Part shown: one piece after another, positions 48,619 to 56,862 of the stretch | Layout: every line of letters starts with the position of its first letter | How positions within the stretch are numbered: the stretch's first letter is position 1 | NCBI GenBank assembly: GCA_038883775.1 | Contig: JAVZLM010000002.1 | Span: 32,001-96,000 of the forward strand | Length of the DNA: 64,000 nucleotides | Source: Candidatus Bathyarchaeia archaeon | GTDB lineage: Archaea > Thermoproteota > Bathyarchaeia > Bathyarchaeales > Bathycorpusculaceae | Direction of reading: 5' to 3' | Notes under the pieces: generated by a model | Databases searched by the model: none | What the model was told of the DNA's origin: nothing | The model's input: only the letters and a program-made list of their open reading frames with translations | Made by a program: the position numbers and the translations under genes

Positions 48619-49884
48619 TTGAGCAGCAAAAAAAGGACATCCCTTGAACTGTTCAGGTTAAAAAAGACATTGAATATGCTAGCTAGCAAAGAGGGAAGAG
48701 GAACGGAGCTTATTTCGCTTTATGTTCCGCCTGGAAAACAGATAAGCGAAGTCATGAACATGCTTAGAGACGAGTATGGCACTGCATCAAACATAAAATC
48801 CACAACTACTCGCAAAAACGTTCAAGATGCCATTGTTAAAACCCAACAACGCCTCAAACTGTTCAAAGAAACTCCAGAAAATGGACTTGTAATCTTTTGC
48901 GGGGCGGTTCCCCAAAACGGGGCTGGAAGCGAAAAAATAGAAACCTACGTTATTATTCCGCCAGAACCAATAAATATATACCTTTACAGATGCGACTCCA
49001 GATTCCACACAGAGCATTTGCAAGAACTTTTGAGGGAAAAAGAAAGTTATGGAATAATCCTCATAGATTCCACAGCAGCCACACTCGCCACACTCCAAGG
49101 CAGAAGACTTGAAATAGTTAGACAAATAACTTCGGGCGTGCCTGGAAAAACCCGCGCCGGAGGACAATCAGCCAGAAGATTTGAACGCCTAAGAGAAATG
49201 CGCCTTCAAGAATATTTCAGAAGAGTTGGCGAACACGCAAACGAAACATTTCTGCCAATTGAAAACCTTAAGGGTTTGATAATTGCTGGACCTGGACCAA
49301 CAAAATACGACTTTGAAAAGGGCGATTACCTAAATTACATGTTGAAAGAGAAGATTTTGGATACGGTTGATACGGCGTATGTGGATGAGCAAGGTGTAAA
49401 GGAGGTTGTGGATAAGGCGCCGGAAATAATGCGGAAAGTGCGTTACATAGAAGAAAAACAGATAATGCAACAGTTTCTCTACGAGATTGGACATGACACG
49501 GGAATGGCAACATATGGCGAACAAGAAGTTAGAAAGGCTTTGGAGGCAGGCGCCGTCAAAACTTTGCTGCTTTCTGAAGGGCTCGACATTGTAAGAGTTA
49601 AGGTGAAATGTAATGCTTGCGGCTATGAAGAACAACAAACAATGAAAAGCCAAATGCTAACAAGCTTTGAACAGAATCTTTACGGAAAGCCCTGTCCAAA
49701 ATGCAAGTCCCCAACCTTACAAATACTGGAGACACAAGAGCTTGTAGAAAATTTCGCTCAAATTGCAGAATACACGAATACGGAAGTTGAGATGATATCT
49801 GGCGAGACTGAAGAGGGACAGATGTTGAAGAATTCTTTCGGCGGAATAGCGGCAATCCTCAGATTTAAACTGCAAAACCAGTAG
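48619..49884 (+). CDS. prf1: Peptide chain release factor aRF1
   Basis: GRGTELISLY, TASNIKS, YRCD, GGQSARRF, FGGIAAILRF; zinc ribbon in domain 3. Confidence 0.97.
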   Translation: MSSKKRTSLELFRLKKTLNMLASKEGRGTELISLYVPPGKQISEVMNMLRDEYGTASNIKSTTTRKNVQDAIVKTQQRLKLFKETPENGLVIFCGAVPQNGAGSEKIETYVIIPPEPINIYLYRCDSRFHTEHLQELLREKESYGIILIDSTAATLATLQGRRLEIVRQITSGVPGKTRAGGQSARRFERLREMRLQEYFRRVGEHANETFLPIENLKGLIIAGPGPTKYDFEKGDYLNYMLKEKILDTVDTAYVDEQGVKEVVDKAPEIMRKVRYIEEKQIMQQFLYEIGHDTGMATYGEQEVRKALEAGAVKTLLLSEGLDIVRVKVKCNACGYEEQQTMKSQMLTSFEQNLYGKPCPKCKSPTLQILETQELVENFAQIAEYTNTEVEMISGETEEGQMLKNSFGGIAAILRFKLQNQ

Positions 49885-49893
49885 GCGCTCAAT

Positions 49894-50994
49894 ATGAAGT
49901 ATTCATCTTTATATTTAGATTGGTATACTCACGTTCTAAACCTAAAATATGATTTCCGTTCCAGCGGAATACTTCCCTTTAGGCATAATCTAATGCTTGG
50001 CGAAGTTAATTTAAATGCTAATTATGGGCTTTACATATCACAAATGTTAGCCCAAAGATATAACGTAAAGCAAGAGAACATTTTTCTTTCAAGTGATGGT
50101 GCTTCAGGTCAAAATTCAAGGATAATTCGGTATATAGCGGAAAAAGACAAAAAGAAAAACGAGGCAATAGTAGAGTATCCAACTTATGAACCGCTGCTTC
50201 GTCAAACTCAGAAAAATTTTCCACGCATAAAAAGACTGGAAAGAAAAGAGAACGAATCGTTTAAACTGGATGCAGATGCTTTAAGAAAGATTGTTTCAGA
50301 AAAAACGGGATTACTTGTTATAACGAATCCGCACGCCCCAAGTGGAGCAACCGCCAAAAAAAGCGAATTAAAAGAGGTTATGGCTGTAGCCCATGAGTGT
50401 GGCTTTTACGTTTTATGTGATGAGATATACGCTGAATTTGAAAGAGATTCCATACCCACGCTTTTCTCCGTGGACGACGAATTAGGCATAGTTACAACCA
50501 GCTTTACCAAAGCCTATGGTTTGGGAGGATTAAAGCTTGGCATAGCATTAGCGGATGAAAACATCGTTAACGATTTGCATGCAGATTTAATTAATACCGT
50601 TGGAGGAGCCTCAAACATTGTCTATCTCGTCGCTTGGGAACTTTTAACCAAGGACAGAGAAATTCTTGAAAAGCACAAGCAGAAGTGGATGAGCCTAAAA
50701 AGGGAAACAGAAGAGTGGCTAAATGAAAAGGGTTTTGAATTTTTCCGAAACAAAATTAGCATAACCTATTGGATGAAAACGCCCATAAAAGATACTTATC
50801 AGTGGACAAACGATCACGCAATACCTCGTTATAGTTTAGCACCAGTACCCGGAACATTCTTCCTTTTCAAAAATAACTATGAAATTGTGAAGTCAAACAT
50901 GGTGCGGTTGGGTCTTGGCAACTTAAATCCCTACAGCCAAATCCTACAAGAAGCTTTAGAAACCCTCGAAAAAGCCATAAAAACATACTGTTAA
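49894..50994 (+). CDS. PLP-dependent aminotransferase class I/II
   Basis: PTYEP, TNPHAPSG, DEIY, SFTKAYGLGGLKLG. Confidence 0.85.
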   Translation: MKYSSLYLDWYTHVLNLKYDFRSSGILPFRHNLMLGEVNLNANYGLYISQMLAQRYNVKQENIFLSSDGASGQNSRIIRYIAEKDKKKNEAIVEYPTYEPLLRQTQKNFPRIKRLERKENESFKLDADALRKIVSEKTGLLVITNPHAPSGATAKKSELKEVMAVAHECGFYVLCDEIYAEFERDSIPTLFSVDDELGIVTTSFTKAYGLGGLKLGIALADENIVNDLHADLINTVGGASNIVYLVAWELLTKDREILEKHKQKWMSLKRETEEWLNEKGFEFFRNKISITYWMKTPIKDTYQWTNDHAIPRYSLAPVPGTFFLFKNNYEIVKSNMVRLGLGNLNPYSQILQEALETLEKAIKTYC

Positions 50995-52604
50995 GCATAA
51001 AATTTAATCAGTTTCTTCAATGCCCAACTGAACTTTTTCCTTAAGGCTTTAGAATAAATTTTATCAATGGGTGCTTCCACCATGGCAGCCCATTTCGCAT
51101 AAACTCTGGGGTCAATGTAGGATTTTAACGAAGTTGTTAAATTGTATTCTTTCGTGTTTTTCATCAACTCAATATCTAACTTGATTTTTTCAATTCTTTT
51201 GAGAATTGCCTCTGTTTTCTTGCCCTGTGTCCTTTTTTTCTCTAACTCAAGTTCTAACTCTTTAAGCCTAGCTTCTTTTTTGGTTAATCTCTCTTCAAAA
51301 TTATTAGGAACTTTCCTCTTGTGGTTGGCAATTTCAGCTCCCTTTAAGTTAGCCATTTTTGCATGGAAAACCTTAACATGCTCGGAATCTTCTTTTTTGA
51401 CAGGGCATTTGTCCAAGTATTCCTCAACAGCCTTTGTGGTTCTCCATGTTCTGAAAACTTTGGCTGTTAATCCACTCATTTTTGCTGAAAGGAATTTGGA
51501 TACTTTTCTTGAATCTATTCCTTCAAAAAGGTATTCTCTACATGTTTTAGCGTAATGTTCGATATTTTTGATAACGCTTGGCGGCGCTTTCGCTTGCTTA
51601 ATCCATCTTACAGAGTCTTTTCCCAAAAAGTCAAAATGCAGCGTATCGCCCTCTATCCGTATGTGTTCTGGTCTTAGGGTTATGGCTCCAACAGTGTCCG
51701 CTTCTTCTGGATCTTTTTCGTCGCCGACCCTCATGTTTAGGGCGTGAATAAGCCAACAAACCGTTGCTATCTTTCTTCTTTCATCATTTTTTGATTCTAG
51801 GTTTTTCAGGATGTGAGCTTCGATTTTTGGGATGAATTTGTCGAGCTTTTCAGCCTTCTTATATTTCTCCTTCTCCTTTTTCTGTTTCAGATAGGCTGAG
51901 TCGGAAAACCAAACATACTTTATTTTCCCAGTAAGTTTGTCTTGCCATTTAGCGATATACATTTTATTTGGCTCCCAAATAATGGCTTTCCATTTTCCCT
52001 CTGGTTTTGGGCTGTCTGGAGAAAGGTTTAGAATTATGTCTTCTTCTCTTGGTCCTTCTTTCCATCTTCCCCTTTTCGGATGGTCACCCCTTCCTGAGAA
52101 TAAGCAGGATGGCTCTGCTGTCCAGTTGGCTATTTCTATCTTTTTTCCATCCACAAAGGCGTATCCAAACTTTTTCTTTAATGCCTCCCTTTGTGCTTTC
52201 CTTTGTTTTGCCAGTTTCTTTTTCTCCCATTCGGTCAGACTTAGCTTTTTTTGGTTTTCCTTGTCTAAATACTCGAAAATTTCGGAAAAATCTACGCCGC
52301 CAAGATGCGTGCAATTCAAAGATCCAAGAGTGTCATTTTCTATATTCTTTAAATGTTCAGTGAAAAACGAATTCAAAAAATCTGCAGAGGGATTTTCCAA
52401 CCTCAACTGGTTAAGGAAATCTTGCATGAAATTTTTGTAGAAAACCTTGTCTGGTGAAGTTGGAGAGCGCAACTTCTTTGCCCACGCCAAAGCCATTTCC
52501 TCACTTTTTGGACCCAATTTTATCGTGTGCCCTTGAATTTTAATTGTAAAACCCTTGAAATCGTATTGTGGAACATAGATTCCATTATGCCTCAAAGTTT
52601 TCAA
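50991..52604 (-). CDS. DNA topoisomerase IB (eukaryote-like, single chain)
   Basis: LRHNG, F.GRGDHPKRG, MRVGDEKD, DTVG, FDFLGKDS, TAKVFRT, NHKR, TSLKSYIDPR (catalytic Tyr). Confidence 0.95.
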   Translation of the reverse strand: MKTLRHNGIYVPQYDFKGFTIKIQGHTIKLGPKSEEMALAWAKKLRSPTSPDKVFYKNFMQDFLNQLRLENPSADFLNSFFTEHLKNIENDTLGSLNCTHLGGVDFSEIFEYLDKENQKKLSLTEWEKKKLAKQRKAQREALKKKFGYAFVDGKKIEIANWTAEPSCLFSGRGDHPKRGRWKEGPREEDIILNLSPDSPKPEGKWKAIIWEPNKMYIAKWQDKLTGKIKYVWFSDSAYLKQKKEKEKYKKAEKLDKFIPKIEAHILKNLESKNDERRKIATVCWLIHALNMRVGDEKDPEEADTVGAITLRPEHIRIEGDTLHFDFLGKDSVRWIKQAKAPPSVIKNIEHYAKTCREYLFEGIDSRKVSKFLSAKMSGLTAKVFRTWRTTKAVEEYLDKCPVKKEDSEHVKVFHAKMANLKGAEIANHKRKVPNNFEERLTKKEARLKELELELEKKRTQGKKTEAILKRIEKIKLDIELMKNTKEYNLTTSLKSYIDPRVYAKWAAMVEAPIDKIYSKALRKKFSWALKKLIKFYA

Positions 52605-52842
52605 TAATTCTCACGCTTGCCATGTGAAGGTTTTCTTTATTCACTATCTCGCTTACTTAAAAACTTCGCTGCTTCAACTTTAAACCTTAACAAGCGTTAT
52701 AATACACACTGTCACTCTGAAAACATAGATTGTTTGAAAGAGGCGATGTCCATTATGCTTGGTTATTTTAAACATGAAAAAAGGGTTTATTGAAATTAAA
52801 TTTTTAAGTATGATTTTTTCAATCATTAAAAGGTGAAAGACC

Positions 52843-53157
52843 ATGTCCTTCAAAAGGAAGCAGAGAAGAAGCATAATTGACGAATTGTTTGGAAACTCGT
52901 TATTTGAAGACACGGAAAGATTCTTTGAAGAATTCCCAAAAGAATTAGAGGGCGGATACTCAATAAACGTGGTGCAAACGCCAGAAGGAACAAAGGTTCA
53001 TGCAAAAGTTGGAAAGAACGTAGATGTGGATGCGCTTAAGAGACAACTTCAAAAGGAATACCCCCACGCAAAAATAGAAATTGAAGGCGGCAAAAAAGAA
53101 CCCCTAATAAGGGAAATATCAACAAAAAACATCAAAGAAGAAAACCAAAAAACCTAG
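52843..53157 (+). CDS. Hypothetical protein resembling the archaeal Hsp20 N-terminal region, without an alpha-crystallin domain
   Basis: RRSIIDELFG..FED..RFFEE then GYSINVVQTPEG..V; AGGTGA upstream. Confidence 0.6.
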   Translation: MSFKRKQRRSIIDELFGNSLFEDTERFFEEFPKELEGGYSINVVQTPEGTKVHAKVGKNVDVDALKRQLQKEYPHAKIEIEGGKKEPLIREISTKNIKEENQKT

Positions 53158-53277
53158 AGAGGCTTATCCCCTATTGGTTGCACAGCAATCCAAAAAATGA
53201 TCAAAACCAAGGACTTTTTAGAAAAAGAAAATAGGCTGCTCAACATAAAATTTCATCATCTCCTTATCAAAGTTTGC

Positions 53278-53356
53278 GGGGTAGTCGTCTAGCTTGGTCA
53301 AGGATACCAGCCTGGGGCGCTGGCGATCCTGGGTTCAAATCCCAGCTACCCCACCA
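53278..53356 (+). tRNA. tRNA-Pro(GGG), CCA encoded
   Basis: GGGGTAG/CTACCCC acceptor stem, CCAGC-CT-GGG-GC-GCTGG anticodon arm, TTCAAAT. Confidence 0.96.
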
Positions 53357-53390
53357 CAAGCATTAAATGCCAACGGCATTATGTTTAATC

Positions 53391-53960
53391 ATGGGTTACG
53401 AAGACAAAAAAGTGGCTGGATTCCTCTTGCTTGTTGGCGCTGTCCAACTTGTTTTGGGAATGATTGTTTCAGAGGCGCTTTATCCAAATTATAGCACTTC
53501 AGGCAATTACATAAGTGATCTTGGTGTTGGGCCTTCTGCTTTAATCTTTAACTCTTCAATTATATTGTTGGGCGTATTCATTGCTGTTGGCGCTTATTTC
53601 GTGTTGCGGGCTTTCAATTCTAAGCTTTTTTCTCTTTTGTTGGCGGTAACGGGTATTGGCGCCATAGGCGTAGGCATATTCACAGAAGATTATCCACCTT
53701 TACATGGGATTTTTTCTTTAATAACGTTCTTATTTGCTGGAATCTCCATAATAGTTTCAAGCAAATTCGAAAAACCGCCCCTATCATACCTTTCCATCAT
53801 ATTAGGCGCAACATCCCTTGTTTCGCTTGCCCTATTTGGTTCTGGCGTTTATTTGGGTTTGGGCAAGGGCGGAATGGAGCGCATGATTGCCTATCCAGTC
53901 TTGCTAGGCGCCATAGGTCTCGGCGGCTACTTCATTGGCAATTCCCAAAATGACAAATAA
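53391..53960 (+). CDS. DUF998 family membrane protein
   Basis: EALYPNYS...NYISDLG, GVGIFTED..LH, GGMERMIAYP; start MGYEDKK. Confidence 0.85.
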   Translation: MGYEDKKVAGFLLLVGAVQLVLGMIVSEALYPNYSTSGNYISDLGVGPSALIFNSSIILLGVFIAVGAYFVLRAFNSKLFSLLLAVTGIGAIGVGIFTEDYPPLHGIFSLITFLFAGISIIVSSKFEKPPLSYLSIILGATSLVSLALFGSGVYLGLGKGGMERMIAYPVLLGAIGLGGYFIGNSQNDK

Positions 53961-54027
53961 GCTATTGCGGGAATTTAGGCAAGTTTAATATAAGAAGAGA
54001 AAGGATAAAAATAAATATAATGTATAG

Positions 54028-54459
54028 GTGAAAAGGGGTATGGCGTCAAAGAAACTTTTGGAAATGTTAAATGATGCAATAGCAAGAGAAATGCAAGTTT
54101 CAATACAGTATATGTGGCAACATGTCCAATGGGGCGGCGTTAAAGGCTTTGCGGTTCAAGATGAGTTAAAGAAGATAGCCATAACTGAAATGAAGCATGC
54201 AGAAACTATTGCCGAAAGACTCTTCTATTTGGGCGGCACCCCAACAACAAAACCAACAGAGATTTTTGTGGGTAAAAACCTTAAGGAAATGATAACCCGA
54301 GACGTGAAAGATGAGGAAAATGCGATAAAGCTTTACAAGGAAATTATAGCCCAAGCGCAAAAGGAAAAGGATGAAACCACAGCCTTCCTATTCATGGAAA
54401 TTCTAAAAGACGAGGAAGAGCATCACGACACTTTCACAACACTCCTTGAAGAAATATAG
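54028..54459 (+). CDS. Ferritin-like (bacterioferritin-type) protein
   Basis: AREMQVSIQY, EMKHAE..AER, E..AI.LY, DEEEH di-iron ligands. Confidence 0.9.
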   Translation: MKRGMASKKLLEMLNDAIAREMQVSIQYMWQHVQWGGVKGFAVQDELKKIAITEMKHAETIAERLFYLGGTPTTKPTEIFVGKNLKEMITRDVKDEENAIKLYKEIIAQAQKEKDETTAFLFMEILKDEEEHHDTFTTLLEEI

Positions 54460-54526
54460 CATATAAAAACTATACGCATCACAATTCCCTATTTTTATCT
54501 CTAATAAAATGAGGTAATGGCGAGAA

Positions 54527-54952
54527 TTGAGCTTAGACGAGTATTGGAGAAAAAGAAACTTCACGAAAACAACAGAGCCGAAAGGCGAAAAGAAAATTTA
54601 CGTGATTCAGAAACATGCAGCCACCCACTTGCATTATGACTTACGCTTAGAAATGAATGGTGTATTAAAAAGCTGGGCAATCCCCAAAGAGCCACCAACT
54701 ACGCCGGGCGTTCGAAGATTGGCTGTAGAGGTGGAAGACCATCCAATTGAATATGCAAACTTTGAAGGAATAATCCCAGAAGGTGAATATGGGGCGGGCG
54801 CTGTGGAAATTTGGGATAGAGGAACATATAGACTTTTAGAGCGAAAGGAGGGCAAGCTTATTGTGGAAATTGATGGTAATAGGCTTAGCGGCGTTTATGT
54901 GCTTATGAGATTTAAAGATAAGAAAAACTGGCTTTTCTTCAAAAAGAAGTAA
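54527..54952 (+). CDS. Stand-alone LigD 3'-phosphoesterase domain
   Basis: [49 protein letters not shown]. Confidence 0.92.
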   Translation: MSLDEYWRKRNFTKTTEPKGEKKIYVIQKHAATHLHYDLRLEMNGVLKSWAIPKEPPTTPGVRRLAVEVEDHPIEYANFEGIIPEGEYGAGAVEIWDRGTYRLLERKEGKLIVEIDGNRLSGVYVLMRFKDKKNWLFFKKK

Positions 54953-54964
54953 GAATAAATGTCT

Positions 54965-55267
54965 TTATTCTTCTTCTTTTTCGGCTTCTCCCTTTCCTAC
55001 AACTTCTGCTTCGGCGAATCTTCTGCTTATTCTCGTTATTTTTATTTTGACATGGTCGCCTGGTTTAGTGTTTGGTATGAAAGTTACTAAGCCTTGGATT
55101 CTGGCTATGCCTTCTCCACGGCGGCTCGTTTCTTGAACATCAACATCGTATTCTTTTCCAAGCTCCACTGGTTTTGGAGGGAATCTTCCTTCGCCTCTTC
55201 CTCGTCCTCTGAATCCTCTTCTTTGGCCGAAGCTTCTTCTTTCTTCCATACCGTTTTCACCTCTCAT
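54965..55267 (-). CDS. Single TRAM-domain protein with RG-rich N-terminus
   Basis: RRGFRGRGRG, PKPVELGKEYDVDV...RRGEGIARIQGLVTFIP. Confidence 0.9.
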   Translation of the reverse strand: MRGENGMEERRSFGQRRGFRGRGRGEGRFPPKPVELGKEYDVDVQETSRRGEGIARIQGLVTFIPNTKPGDHVKIKITRISRRFAEAEVVGKGEAEKEEE

Positions 55268-55296
55268 CTCATTAATATTAAATGGTTTTCCGCGGT

Positions 55297-55587
55297 TTAC
55301 TCAACTGTCAGTTTCCCATGTTTTCCAACGTTTAGCTGGATTTCTCCCCTGAAACTTGTGATGTAGCCGTTTTCCACTTTGACTGTGTCGTTGACGTTTA
55401 CTTGGTTTATTTGCTCGTTCCATAGGGTCATCTTTATTTTTCCTGTTTCGTCGGCGATTATGGCTGTTGCCACTTTGTATGTTTCATCTTTGAACCTTGA
55501 CAAAACCTCATGCGTTTCAGACTTCTCTAAGACTTTAGCTTCTATGCTGACGTTTTTCATTCCGTTTCGCAAATCCTTTATTTTCAA
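55297..55587 (-). CDS. Single OB-fold ssDNA/RNA-binding protein (crenarchaeal SSB-like)
   Basis: KIKDLR.GM.NV, ADETG.I..TLW, ENGY..SFRGE.QLNVG. Confidence 0.9.
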   Translation of the reverse strand: MKIKDLRNGMKNVSIEAKVLEKSETHEVLSRFKDETYKVATAIIADETGKIKMTLWNEQINQVNVNDTVKVENGYITSFRGEIQLNVGKHGKLTVE

Positions 55588-55599
55588 TTTTGTCCTCCG

Positions 55600-55884
55600 T
55601 TAAGCTATTTTCTCCGCGACGGCAAACTTTTCCCGAACTGTTAAAATTCTAACTTTAACCCGTTCGCCTATTTTGCTGCGGGGCACGAAAATCAAATAGC
55701 TTTGGATTCTTGCTATTCCGTCGCCTCTGCTTCCAATATCGTCTATGACAACTTCCAGTTCCTGGTTTTCTTTCACCGGCGCCATCTGGAAAAATGGTCT
55801 TGATGTGCGGAATCTACTATGGCTTCCATATCTCCTCGGTTTTCTTGGAGCGTTTTTTGTTTTTTCCGGTAGCCTTCTTGGCAT
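55600..55884 (-). CDS. Single TRAM-domain protein with basic N-terminus
   Basis: APVKENQELEVVIDDIGSRGDGIARIQSYLIFVP..GERVKVRI..FAVAE. Confidence 0.9.
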   Translation of the reverse strand: MPRRLPEKTKNAPRKPRRYGSHSRFRTSRPFFQMAPVKENQELEVVIDDIGSRGDGIARIQSYLIFVPRSKIGERVKVRILTVREKFAVAEKIA

Positions 55885-55908
55885 ATTTTGTTTTCGTCCT
55901 TATCGCGG

Positions 55909-55972
55909 AACCAGCCTAGAACCATTAAGCTCAAGTGCCCTTGATGACACCGAGTTTTGGCTAAAGCTGGTT
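55909..55972 (-). promoter_or_regulatory. Long hairpin in the 5' leader of the TRAM-OB-TRAM cluster
   Basis: Minus-strand pairings AACCAGC/GCTGGTT, TTAG/CTAG, CCA/TGG, CTC/GAG, GGTGTC/GGCACT; TTTATATT box at 56002-55995. Confidence 0.6.
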
Positions 55973-56116
55973 ACAACAGAGAAAAGCTTCCAATAATATA
56001 AAGATTGCGAACAATGTAAATTGTTTTACTCTAGAAATTTTGAAGAGTTAAATTATGTACAGAGCTGGATGCTATTTTTATGGAAGTCTATCAAATAATA
56101 ATGATGAGGATCAAGC

Positions 56117-56836
56117 GTGCACGAACCCATAATTCAGCTTATAGATGTGTATAAAGAATATCGTATTGGAAATGCTTACACAAGCGCCTTGAAAGGCGTA
56201 AACTTTAAAGTATACGGAGGACAACTTATTGCCATAATGGGGCCTTCTGGTTCGGGAAAAACAACGCTCTTAAACATGATAGGCCTTCTGGATAGACCAA
56301 CTAAGGGTTTTGTCTTCTTCGATGGATTTGACGTTTCAAAGCTTGATGACAAAACTTTGGCTGACTTGAGAAATAGCAAACTTGGGTTTGTCTTTCAGAC
56401 GTTTAACCTTATCAGCAGACTTACGGTTTTTGAAAACATAGAGTTACCATTAATACCTAAAGGAATTCCCAAAAACATGAGGGTTGAAATGGTTAAAGAG
56501 GCTTTGACTAAAGTTGGAGGAGATGAAAAGTGGCTTAATAAAAAGCCAACTCAGCTTTCCGGAGGCGAACAGCAGCGTGTTGCAATCGCAAGGGCTATAG
56601 TTGGAAAACCAGTTGTTGTGTTGGCTGACGAACCTACGGGCAATTTGGATAGGGCTTCGGCAAAAGTTGTTGTTGAAACTTTTCTTAACCTTAACAAGGT
56701 GGGACACACGGTGATAGTTGTGACGCATGATCCGGAAGTTGCAAACTGCATGGAACAAATATACGTTATTAGAGATGGAGCTATTGTTGGAGAATTTATG
56801 CCTAATAAAGCAGAGTCACTTATTAATAAGGAATAA
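56117..56836 (+). CDS. ABC transporter ATP-binding protein (LolD/MacB type)
   Basis: GPSGSGKT, LSGGEQQRVAIARA, ADEPTGNLD, THD. Confidence 0.94.
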   Translation: MHEPIIQLIDVYKEYRIGNAYTSALKGVNFKVYGGQLIAIMGPSGSGKTTLLNMIGLLDRPTKGFVFFDGFDVSKLDDKTLADLRNSKLGFVFQTFNLISRLTVFENIELPLIPKGIPKNMRVEMVKEALTKVGGDEKWLNKKPTQLSGGEQQRVAIARAIVGKPVVVLADEPTGNLDRASAKVVVETFLNLNKVGHTVIVVTHDPEVANCMEQIYVIRDGAIVGEFMPNKAESLINKE

Positions 56837-56862
56837 ACTCAACTGTTAAGATGTGATGACGC

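Noticed and set aside
53294-53494. 66-aa ORF starting inside tRNA-Pro(GGG)
   Set aside because: Translation of tRNA sequence overlapping the DUF998 gene in another frame
55909-55975. Plus-strand H/ACA guide RNA (stem followed directly by ACA)
   Set aside because: No convincing K-turn/K-loop, the would-be pocket strands pair with each other, and the TATA box favours a minus-strand leader; not fully excluded
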